From positions 868,001 through 932,000 of the forward strand of contig JBHGNT010000010.1 in assembly GCA_043228905.1 (NCBI GenBank): a DNA stretch of 64,000 bases, given 5' to 3'. The notes beneath the pieces were generated by a model, which did not search any database, was not told the origin of the DNA, and was given only the letters and a program-made list of their open reading frames with translations. Position numbers and translations under genes: made by a program. The stretch's first letter is position 1. Every line of letters starts with the position of its first letter. This document shows positions 1 through 13,000 of the stretch, in pieces. This DNA is from Azolla caroliniana. Lineage: Eukaryota; Plantae; Polypodiophyta.

Positions 1-1002
1 TGTATCCGAGTAGCGCTTTGCACGGCACTTGAAGAGTTCTTTTGTGGGATAAGTGATAAGATTTTTTAAACATTTAATGATTTTGTTTCAGGTGTTGTAG
101 TTTATCTGAAATGATACGCATTTTGTGATTTTTTTTGACTGGATTATGTATGTGAGAGGAACGTCACTGAGCATTGTACGAGTTCTTTATGGAATGTTTA
201 ATAAGTTTATTGCAAGATTGAAGCTTCTTTCAGCCATGCTAATCTATCTGAATTAGTATGCCTTTTTTGTAATTTACTGAATGTATGATGATCTAAGAAA
301 ATCTTCACAGAGCACTTTAGAGTTTGTTTATTAGTTGTTTGGTCAAATCATGGTAGTTTGTGTGGCTGCTACACACGAATAACTAAATTATTCATAATGC
401 ATTTATTTTCTTTGTAATATGTCTGAAAAACACTTCACGAAGGAGCCCATTGTTGGATACTCGATGAGGTTATTGCAAAATTTGAAGGTTCACAAGTATT
501 CAGAGTACATCACAGGAGTTCTTCATTGAATATTTGATAATGTTGCTGAAAAATGTAAATTTTTGCTTCTTGGATGGTAGTTTACATGGCTGATAGACAT
601 GGTAGCTCAAAGTATTCAGAGAGCATTGCAGGGGTTCGTTATTGGATATTTGGTGAGATCATTGCCAAAATGATCTCATATGGTAGTTACCCTGACAGTA
701 GGCATGAGAAGTTAGTGAATCTTTTATCTGACAAAATAAGCATAATTTACTGCATCTTTCTGGAACTCTTTACTGGTTATTTGGTAAAATAATAGTAAAT
801 CTTGAAAGCTTTGTGCCCAGTGTCTTAATTTACGTAGTGAATAAAAGTTTTCAATATTTGCAACTCACTTAACAAATATCCAACAAAGAACTACTTTCTA
901 GGCTGTTCCTCTGAGGATGAGCTGTTATCTGGAAAATTGCTGGTTTCTTCTATAGAATGTTAAAATCTGTGCATAACCTATTGCTTTTCAAATTCTATCC
1001 AG

Positions 1003-4000
1003 GCTGTGGGATCATCATGATCTTATCCATGTCGAACCCGAGTTTGGTGGTACTGAAAGCTGTTCAGAAAATGCAGTGATCACCTCGATAGCTTCTTATA
1101 CCGGACGAAGAGCAACAGCTGTTTATGCTAGGGATACTGTAACTGGCCAAGTGATTAGATGCGAAGTCTTTATTGACAAAGTTTCTAGCATAAAAATTTC
1201 TCATCATTCCCTCAAGCTTGATCTGGATGGTCTTGCCACATTACGCATACATGGGTTCGATGTGGAAGGTATGTCTTGAGTTCCAACATTATCCAATTTT
1301 GACGCCACAACATTTTCACTCTTTCTCAATCTCATCAAGCAAAGTCATTTAATATGCACTAGTTCATAGCGCTTATGGTGAAACTTTGCATGTGATTCCA
1401 CGGAGTCTGAAGAGATGATCACAAGCAGGAAAAACGGGTTTTGCATTTTTTATGAAGTATAAAAATGATATGATACAACTAAATGCTTCACCAGAAAAAC
1501 TTTTATGATGCATACAATATATTCTATGTGTATCATAACATTAACTCTATTCCTTGCAGATGTAGCATACATTAAACTAGACGGATTCTATGGCTTTCTT
1601 GGAAATGTTTATATTTTTCCTTCATATGATAAATTGGTATATTACATGTATTCTTATCTGGAAGTAGGATATGCTCCAGAGTTAGAATATGGCTTTATAT
1701 ATTTACCCAATGTGTAAGTATATAGAATGACCAATCTATACTAGCATTTTTATTATTAACAGAAAACAGTTGGTATACCACATGTTTCAAACTCTTCTGT
1801 GGTAGACTTCAGCTCTTATAATATGCCATTATCATGTCACACTGTTTATTCTTCATTTGGAGTGGATGGATGCCATTCTTTCATGTTCGTTTCATGTTTC
1901 TAGAAGAAACCAATGCTTCAATCCACAGATTTCTTAATTGCGATTTCTAAGCATTTGTTCTCACAGTTTGCGTTGTCAATTTTATCACATGTTTATTATT
2001 CATGATGTTTATACTTATTACAAGTTTTTAAAGTGTTTAAGGGCTCATTAAAGTTTCTTATTTGTAGACAACACGTTCTCATCATTGGTGGGAATTCAGA
2101 TTTCATGGAGGTTTCATTACTCAGAATCATCTATGGGTCTTGCAACCCACTGTTTGGTACATGTTCCTCTCAAAGACACTGCACTGAGTGATGAGATCGA
2201 CACAAGGATTGAACTTGAAGAAAAGGTAACTGTGATTGCTGTTATAGTCACACATTTTTTTGTTGATCTATGAACCTAGCAATAAAAGTTATTGTATTTG
2301 AAATGAGCCTATCTTTCAAGTTATCCAATCAGAAACTTCTTTGCCACAGAAAACTTCTAACGTACTTTGAACTCGGGTAACCCACTTTAATGTCTGGAGA
2401 ATGTGTGTTATGAGTATGGTCCTGGTGAAAAGACTATGATTTATTATTATTATTATCATTGACAGGATCCTGACAATAATCTATGTTGGAGGTTTCTGGG
2501 CTGAATATAAAGTACAATAGGACACAAAGTTCATGTTTTACTTCTCAACTATAAATTAAATTGCTAGCTATGCTTGTGCAGGGTTCTGGATCAGACCTAT
2601 TCGTTGTGAGAGGAGTAAGCGTTGGTCATGAAAGAGTTTCTGCGAATGTTATTGAACCCACAATGGAAGGACTCGAGGATGAAATAAGTCTAACAGTTGC
2701 AGAGGCCATTTCCATCGAACCACCATCTCCGTTGTATGTTTTGGTTGATACACAATTCCAATATACTCTCAAGACACTTCGCTATAAGCTTCCATTAGGT
2801 ATAATGCTTCTTCTTTTTATGCTGCTCTGTAATAATCATTGACACTCAAAACGTTATGGCATGGCTTATTGGGTTTCATCTTTTAAAATTTGAACACACT
2901 TTTCCTAAACTAAGAGAGTAAGGAAACCAAAGTTTACTGATCGATGAAGTTTGAACCCCTTTGATGTTATCCGTTGTCATAAATTTTGAAATCATGGCAT
3001 ACATTATTCATGAATTTATGCAGCTATACAGCTCCCATCTATGCATCACCGTTGGTCTGTTATGGATTCTTCTATTGCTGAGGTTGATCAATATACGGGA
3101 AAGGTGTCTACACAAACAGTGGGAAACGCAGAGATTGTGGTAGAAGATGTCAGATTGGCTGGCCATAAACAATTCTCTTCATTACATGTTGTAACACCTT
3201 CCAGCCTGCAATTGTATATAGCACCTTTAGGTTTCCATAATGCTAGTCAGCAGACAGTTATGAAAAAGGAAGCTCCTCTATGTTCTTCAGATCTTCCTTG
3301 GTATCTTATTGTGGGTTGGGATTATGTCATTCAAGTTATGGCCTTCTCGGATGAGTCTAGTACTACACCACTTCATATAACACAGGTTAGATATGTTGGT
3401 ATCTTGTGTAAAAATTCAATATATCTATGCTCAATTGAATAAATGCCAAATGAAGCGTTTCAGAAGCTACTGCACTGCCATTGCTTTACTTCTGGAAGCT
3501 GCTGTTTGCAATTATAATTGGCCTTTACAACCTCCTGCATAGCCTTAAAAGTAAATGTGAGCTTCCCTCTCTCCTCCTTGTAGGGAAATGATCTCAAATT
3601 TTTATTTGAAGAATGGCCCTACTGGAGGGCGTTACCCATTCCTGAAGATGTTCAACGTGAGCAAGGTTGGCGTAATGGCACCTTTATCAAGGCTGTGTCT
3701 GAGGGATCAGGGAAAATATCTGCATCACTAAGCTACAGACTGTCCATAATGAATCCCAATGAGGTATTGTGGACTGAATAGATTTTCATATCACTTATCT
3801 ATTTTGTCTTTTAATTAACCATGGAAGTGGGATTGAGAATGTTCAATGTTGTGTAATTACAGGTGCTAACTGAAGACCAGGAGATTATAGTATGCAATCC
3901 AGTGCTTGTGTTATTTGAGAATGGGAAGCATTCTAACTTATTAAGTCTTCCTTGGCATCCTGCAGTTATGCAAGCTTATCATCTCAAAGTTCATGGAGGT

Positions 4001-7000
4001 ATTGCAGGCATAAATTTGAACATAATAAAAGCTGTAACAATTTGTGTGGATTATACAGCACATTGCTAATATAGGTTCATACTGAAATTGATTAAGTAAT
4101 GTTCATTACTGTCTTGGAGAAAGCTCTAAACTTTCTGTCAAGGTTTTTCATGCATAATATGTACCGAAGTTTTATTTTTGTTTGCGTGGTGATGGTTCAG
4201 TGTTAATGGATTGGGTCTTGAAATTCTCATCTTCAGATTTGTCTGTGATGCAGGTTGTGGCACTGAGACTTCCGACTATCAATGGGCATCTTTGGATCCC
4301 AAAATAGTTTCTGTAAACGCTTTTGGAACAGTTTATGCAAAAGGAGAAGGCAAAACTATAGTGCATGCAATAGCCTTGACAAACCCAATGAATTTTGATA
4401 AGGTGATTGACTTGTACTAAACATCAATATTACATATGAGCAAATGGTTTGAAGCAATCATTCACATTTTTTATTGTGACCTGTGCACTTTTTACAGGTG
4501 AAAGTACACATATCATACCCTTCTTCTATTGTTAGGGTTGAAGATTTCCCGTTGGAGATTGAAGTGGGTTCTTATCTACCCGCTGCTGTTACCATGAGAA
4601 ATTCAGATGGTAATGTGCGAGGATTATTGAACATCGATTCTTTCCAGCAGATGTTACTTTTAATATCAGTGTTTGTAGGCATTGTGCATGTTGATTGCTT
4701 ATAATAACTGTAGCAATTTGATTTGCAGGACAATATTATTCCAAATGTGAATCTTTTTCGTCTTTCATTAAATGGAAAATCATTGGGGAAGAAAAAGTCT
4801 TTGTACAAAGAGATTCTGTGGGGGATGGGGAAAGCATGTTCCACGAGCTTGCAATGGTTACTGAGAAGCCAATTTGTGACTTGAAGTATTTTCTGGCTGT
4901 ACAGGCTGGCCGTGCAACCATAACTGCGTCGCTACCTTCAGATGAATTTACTAGTTTTTCTGCTTCAAAGCACCTTGTTTCATGGACCATTTCAGCATAT
5001 GCACCATTAACAATCCTGCAGACTGCTGATGGACACTCCTATGGCGGCTATGACTGTGGCGTGAGTCAATCTGAAACATCAGGCAATGCTTCTGTACTCA
5101 ATCATTGCCAAATCAATATGTTGCAACTTGTACCAAAAACCAGTATGAAGGTAATGCTAAGCGGTGGGCCAGACCGTTGGGGACAAGGTACCGAATTTAT
5201 TGAACGGCATAAAGTTATATCTGGGGAAGTAGCAGACGGAGAACAAATTCAGGTGTCACATCTCACAAGTGGTGGAGGAAGGCTTTACGATATACATTGT
5301 GTGGGTCTTGGAAATTATGTGAGTACTAACTGTTCATGTGTCAAGGGTCCTAAATCTATTAGAACACAAATCTTAGCATTTCAAAATGTTTAAGATACTT
5401 AATTTACGTCTGACGTAGCACACATTCACATTGTGAGGTAGAAACATTGTTGGAAGGGGATTGTTAATATCGTGTTCCTTAAAAGGTAATACATGATTAA
5501 TTGATGGGTGCTATTCTGTGAATTGGGAATATTGAGGACATGAATATTGGGACTTCTTTTCTGAGGCAACTTGAGATATGATGAGATTTGAGGGTAAAAT
5601 TCGAAGTGTGATCCCTTACTCTACAACTAAGAATAAACCGTATAACAGCAGAAAGTGTTCCATCTCAAATTAAAAGAGACCAATTCTGCTCTGTAACACC
5701 AAGAAAACTGCCACTAAGTTCTTTAGTAATGACAAAAATCAATTGGCCAGTGTGTGTTGGGACGGCATCATCTATTTCTCAAGTTTCCACAATCATACAA
5801 TGTAATATGAAAAGGGTAAAGGTTTGCAAACCCACATATTACTGCACATTTTATTTGTCAGCTCATGGATAGCTTGAAGTAATACTTATCTGAGAATGTG
5901 ACAGTAGCTGATGACAACTTATTTGTTGTTAGGTTTCCTTTTTTTGTATACCGTTTGTTAAAATTTAGACCATCAAGGCAATGTAGCTGATCCATATTTA
6001 CCTTAAAAAATCAGAAGGTTAACTAATCTAATGATGATATTTTTAGATCAAGTATTGTTCTCCTTTCTAAGCAGAGAATGACAACTTGTCTTAACACTTT
6101 GCTGATTGGACTGACAGACTGTTATATTCTACCGTGGTAATTTAGCTGGTGTAGGCCATCCTGTGCCCACAGTTGCATCAGTAAATTTGACTGTCGTTTG
6201 TGCTGATCCATCAGCTATTGCCCTCATTGTTGATGATATTGGTCAGTGATATCATGCATTGAGTGCATTTCTCTGGATTAAATAAGGTTCTCCAAATATT
6301 CTGAGAATTCTTACTTTTTGATAACCTTATTGTTACACTAGAGCACACTTTGCCACACATCAAAGCTGCAGTGCAAGGAAATCGTGATGATAACTTTGTA
6401 CACAAGACTCCAATCACTGTCACAAGTGGCCGTGGCCTAAGGGTTTCTGCAGTGGCTCTGAATGCATTTGGAGCCCCGTTTGCGAATGCATCATCTTTGC
6501 CAATCAACTGGATGTTGTCTGATTGTTTGGGCCTGGCTTATTGGGAAGGTCATCAAACGTCTGAAGTTTCAATTGAAAATGCACGATGGGAAGAGAATCT
6601 AATACTTACAGACAACTCGGGTCAGGTAACCGCTTCACATAATGTACAAGAATATTTAGTGTTATTAAAGTGTATACTGGGACCTTTTTCTTGATAGAAC
6701 TTATCTCTATATGTATTTTTTTGTTCTCTCTTGAAGTTGAAGTTTTATACTAGCTATATTATTTGTTGAAAATATTTCTGATATGTCTTTTTCATACTAT
6801 ATTATTATTATCTTTCTTTCTGTTTGTTCAAATATTGAAAGGTATGAATATTCTGCATGACACCATCTTCCTGGAACAATGACCACAAAAGTAGGTGCAC
6901 ACCCATATAAATATTCTCATCTCTAGAATGAGTACAATCTTATAATTGGCGTCCATTAATAATTGTTACCTTACATGCTTACAAAATATTTTGCATGACA

Positions 7001-10000
7001 CCATCTTCCTGGAACAATGACCACAAAAGTAGGTGCACACCCACATAAATATTCTCATCTCTAGAATGAGTACAATCTTATAATTGGCGTCCATTAATAA
7101 TTGTTACTTTACATGCTTACAAAAATGAAAGAAATATTTTGAAGATAAAAAAACTTGTGCATGCCCAGATTAATAGAAAAGCTCGTTGGTGTTCTATTTC
7201 ATCATAAGAAATGTGATAATCTAGTATCTACAGAAGATGTAAACATGGGATTTCATGAGGTTATGAAGCTGGTTAAAAATATTTTTACAGCTGACCTTTT
7301 GATTAGCATATACTCAAAGTGCTTTTTTTGTCTTCCATCTCTACTTCCTCTTACTGCTGATGAGAAAATTTATTAACCACGGGATGCGAGATAACAAAAG
7401 TCTGTTTGGCTGAACTATGTGTAATGTTAAGCTCTAAATTTGAAGTTATAACCCCTCAAGATTTTGAGTGGGCTATATAGCATTGCAGTGCTTGAATTTT
7501 AATGATCGGCTACAGTGCCTTTTGAGGGCTTCGGTAGGATTGCTTAATTTGGAATTACCAACACCAGTGCGGATCTTGGAGCCACGGTTATATTTCCTTA
7601 CAGATGCCGTACAGTTACAGGTCATATTAAAGTCTTCACATGCTATGGTTAATTGGATTTTACTGTGTATTTTGAAAGCAATCCTTGTTTTCTGTCACAA
7701 TATCTTGCAGATTGTAACTTCGTTGAGGGTATCACCAAAATTTCTTCTTCTCTATAATCATCCTGAGGCCAAGGTACCATTGTTTAACTTGGCACCTTTG
7801 GCTGATAGGTTCATAAACTACAGAGAATTCCAAAGTTAATTATTCTTTTCTTCTTAACTTTCATTGGTGGTTTCAGTATTTACTCTCAATGTCGCATTAG
7901 TTTAGCAATCTTCCATGATCTTTTCCATTCTTTACTGGTCACATTTTTTACTGAGAGCACTTCTTTTCCAGGGTAGTTTTTCTGTTCTTGGTGGATCAAG
8001 TCATATTGAAGCTGACATCAATGATACAAAAGTGGCTTTTGTTCTCGAGCAGCCCCATGCACCGGATTATTTACATATGACGATTGCTGCCAGGGGCCTT
8101 GGGACAGCTCTTATAACTGTATATGATGTTGGATTGATTAGTCCAGCATTTGATTCTGCAATGGTATTTGTTTCTTTTACACTTTCCTTGAAATACATAA
8201 TATAGTATATATTTGAACACTTCACTTCAACTAAACAAAGATGAATAATAGTTTTCTATGTTTTATGGTGGATTTATGATATTTCTTGCATTTGCACTCT
8301 CCACCATTGGAGTATCCTGGCACACGGTTTTCACATGTACATTTATCGTACATCTATAATATGAGCTCTCACTGCCAGAATAGATATGCTGATATGTAAC
8401 TGTATTCTGGAATTAATGCATCCTGATTCCAGACTTACCATTGGTTTTATTTTATTAAACTGTGGGCACTTGGGAATTTCGTATGCCAATAACAAAACAT
8501 CCTAATAAATGAAGATAGACAATAGAATCATGAAAATAAGGTACGAGGTTCTGTTTCCTAGTGCAGTGCTTTTAATAGGAGTGTGCATTGCCTGAAGTTT
8601 AGATGGCTTAACTTATACAGCATAGTAGAACATGGAATTACTGCTGTGTGGAAAATATTCCTTCAAAGCCGAAGAAAAGGTGAAATGATACTCATTCAAG
8701 AACTGAAAAAAAAGAAACAAGGATATATTCACATCTTTTAAGAGGCCAAAATATTCCTACCAAGAGAAAATAAATTTGGCTAAATTAGTGGAACTCCTTA
8801 AGATACCAGGGAATCTTATTAGCAACACACTTGAAGATTCTAAGCTTAGACGGACTGAAACTTCTGCCCTCAAAAGAAAGAAAGAAAGATATATTAACAT
8901 ATTTTAAGATTTCAAAATGGACTATAAAACTAAACAAGAGATTACATTTTAAAATATTGTCTTGTCTTTGAGAACTAACCAAAAGAAATGTATCTAATAG
9001 AGAAGTAAATAAAGAATGAATTAGACCAAAGCATCCTGTTAGCTGTACATGTAAGATTCTCAACTCAGATAGATTGTAATTTCTGTTGAAAGATCTCTAG
9101 CATAAGTTAATTCAATATAGAGAGATCTGTGAAGCTAGGTTGGTGACGGGTGTGTCGAGATTGTGGTCCACAAAGCCGGTTCCAACGTGCACGAAAAATT
9201 GCTATTGCCCAATCTATTGCAACCCCATTGCAATCTCCTGCTAGAGAGCCCACTTGTGTGTCCCTTGATTGACTTGTAACATGAATAGGAGTGGTGGGGT
9301 TAAGTTGTGATTACTCTTTGTTGATGAGCTTGTGTGGTTGTATTGTTGTCATCCAACAACTTCTTATTGTAAGAACAATCCCGATCTATTGCAACCCCGT
9401 TGCAATGTCCTGCTAAGGAACCCACTTGTGTGTCCCTTGATTTACTTGTAACATGAATAGGAGTGGTGGGGTTAAGTTGTGATTACTCTTTGTTGATGAG
9501 CTTGTGTGGTTGTTGAGGACAATGCCAAGCATCATTAGTCCTCATATTCCATTACCTTGCATGATGGGCCATGGGTAAAGAGGCAACAGTTTCTTGCTCT
9601 TTTTCCATAGAGAACAGTACAGTGGCAAACATAGTGTTCTTCAGATTCTACTTTGATGGCACAATTAGTAGATTCTTTCTTCCAGAGATGTGTGTGCATA
9701 TGTGGCTAACTCAATCTCTTATTGATTTGAAGAGGTATGCAGTTGCCCTATCACACTGCACAATGCATGTGATAGATTTATAGCTATATCAGAGGCCGTG
9801 ATGATGTATTCATCCCCCGATGTGTGCAAAAAGTGTGCCTTATAGTCGGCCATCTTTCTACCAAGAGATGTTGTGATGATGATCCATGTTCTTCCGTTAT
9901 CCTATTTGATAATATCAATTTGGATCACTCTATTCTTTTCCACTATGTTCATGTTTAGATAGGGACAATCCAAGCAAGCTATATTGGAATGGGGGCAGTG

Positions 10001-13000
10001 CATTTCAAATACTGATCATTGTTTAGGATAATGCCTATGAATTATACTTGGGATTGTGAGAAAACTGATATGAACAATTGGATGCCAAAAAAGGCTAGCA
10101 GCAGCTTAAAGATAAACGAAACCAACAACTGTATTACTTAGTGAGGCTCAAAACCTTTATATACAAAAATGAGAGTGGGTTTGGGGTTCTTCAAAGCTAT
10201 CGTTTGAGCTTTATTGTCTCTATGATACATTTGTTGGACTACATTCCATAAATCTTTTGCTGTCTTGTTATCTTTACCAAGAAATTACAAGGAACTTGAG
10301 GTTCATACTGAAAAGCATGAGCAGGACCATCTTTGTCTAGACAAGGTTCAATTGTTGTTTGTGTGGGTGTTGAAGATGAAACAATAGAAGTAGCCATAGG
10401 ATTGGTCATTGTCCCTTTGACAATATTCTACGAATGATGGTATTGCAGCAAGGTCATCATCTGCAATTCCCAATCTAGATAGTTGGTTTCATCTGACTCT
10501 ATGGGAAGTGAAGGAATGGTGGAAGAGATACTAGTGGCATTGGAAGCCAAGAATACCTCAAATCTATAAATAGATTATTTTTAGCTAGGTGCACAAGGAC
10601 TGCTTACTCCCTAAAGGATAGCTTAAGTTGGACAATATATGGTTGCTTAGAGGGTGTTCTCTGTGGGTGGGAACAATGGACATGGAAAAATAAAGAAATA
10701 ATTGGTTGGTTTCTCAAAGAAATCTGAGTTGAATGGGATATTATTTTTTGAGTGGAGGTTATGGAGACCTCACAGCTTTGATATCATGTGATAAAACTGC
10801 TATCAACAGTTTTATGGTGCCAAAGAGGCTAGCAGCAGCTTAAAGGTAAACTAAAACAAGAGCTATATTTCTTAGTGAGGCTCAAATCCTCTTCGTAAAA
10901 AAATTACAGTGGGTTTTGTAACACGTGCATTTATTCTGACAACAATGGATACTTTGTGCCAGAAATTAAGGCACATAGGATATACAGATGTGCTTGGTTT
11001 ATGAACTTTGTCATATGCTCACTCTAGACATAACCAACTTGAGATACCATTTCCCCTCAGTATTACTCTCTCCATTAGTATTAGCTCCAGAATTTAAGAT
11101 CATTATCATGGGTCTTTAGGAAATTTGAGCTTTTGTTTCGGTGTCAGTATGATTTTGTAATTTCATACTGATTATTCTGACATGTAGGCTGATTTTGTCC
11201 TCTAGTGGACATTAATATAAAATTTTCTCTTTCTACCTGTATAAAGTGACGGATGAGTTTGGGATTTTAGCCGATTATAAGCATGATTATTCTGATAGGC
11301 CGATTTTAGCCTCTAGTGGACATTAATATATCTTTCTTTCTATCTGTATAGAATGACAGAAACAAGTTTGGGGAAGCTTTTTATTTGGGCAAATGAGCAA
11401 TCTCTAGAAGTAGGACTCCATTCAGCATACTGCAATGAAACAATGCAGACTAAAAAGTGCATTCTTGTTTATTAGCGCTTTAATACTTTTATACTATATA
11501 TTAGTATCATAACCGGCTATTGTTTGCAGGTTTCGGTGGCTGATTTAGCGTGGGTGCATTTACTTTTACCTGAGGAGGCTAGCATTGAGGTATGATATAA
11601 CTATTTGTTCAACTCTTGTTTCTATTAATCCAAGTGATTATATTCTTTCTATACAGTTATACTAATAACATTATAAAAGTAAATGAAATAGTATTTCTTT
11701 TTTCTTTACACTTAACAACACTTTAGTGCTAATGGATTCATTTCAAATATAAAACTATTGTAGAATGCTGTTATTGGCAATAATATCTATAGATTGTCCA
11801 ACTAACTAATCTTAACAGAAATTGGGTTTGGGTCTATCAAATTCAAGTTAAAATGTTTTGTAGATACCTAAAATATCTGTATGTATAGCTTGATACATTC
11901 AAGGAGATGTCTCTTGAGTCTAGCTTTAGGAAGCTGAAAGTAATCATTATCATCGCTTTCAGTTTGGATCAAGAAATCGAGATCTTGATGGATTAACACA
12001 AGAATGATCCGGCAGTCTCCAAGAACTCATATCTCTGGATCTGCCATTTCCTATGATTTACTCCTATTTCATTAAATTGTATGATCCCTACTTACTTCTA
12101 TATCTCTCTATATTTAATGTGTTAATATCACTAGCTGATTTTTTCATCTTATTCCACAAGACAAAAAAGATTTATTATGAATATCAAGCTATGGGCAGTC
12201 TCCCAGAACTCATGCACTGGATCTGCCATTTACTTTGATTTAATATTATTTCTTATTATGTGGTATCTATATGCACACTCAATGCCCTGCTTACATCTAA
12301 ATCTCTCTCTATGGAATAAAGACTTGGGATTAAGTGATGTAGCTCTCAATATAGATAATATGTTTTCTGGTTGAAACTTTGGAAAATGAATCCAAGTATA
12401 TGCCTAGTATTGATGGCTACACCATAAAATCTATATGACCCTGCACTAGAAGTAATATTCAGTGAGCAGGAATGAATGTATCTATTTTGAGACCTTTGAA
12501 AACTACATACAAGTAAAAGATATATGAATACAAAAGATATATGTGGGTTCAAGTAAAACATTATGTAAAGATAAACTTCATGTCCTAGGTGGTTACATTC
12601 CTCATAGAGAATCCAAATACCATAAATTGTATGGGATAGATTGTGATGATCCTTTTTCCGATGTATGTGCTGACATTCTTACAGTGTTGGTTGTGGGAGA
12701 TTGTAATGCTAGAGTTGAAACTTGCCAAAATGTGGAAGTCAGTTATAATGTAATGTGGAAGATTGTTCTATGTCAGATTAGGATAGGCTTCTCATACACA
12801 TGCTTAAATGCATAAACTTGCATATTCTCAATGCTACGCATGCATTTCCAATGACAAATGTTTTGACTTGTCTTCTAGCCTCGAATGAGGAAGTGGGGAT
12901 CAAGCAAAAAACTCATAAGAGCAAAATCCTCTCATGTGGCTGGGTGCTTAACATTATGAAATGGTTTAAGATGGGGGACTAGAAGATTGATTGGCTCTCC

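Noticed and set aside
8770-9070. 92-aa minus ORF, possible L1 3' relic
   Set aside because: No clear conserved motif
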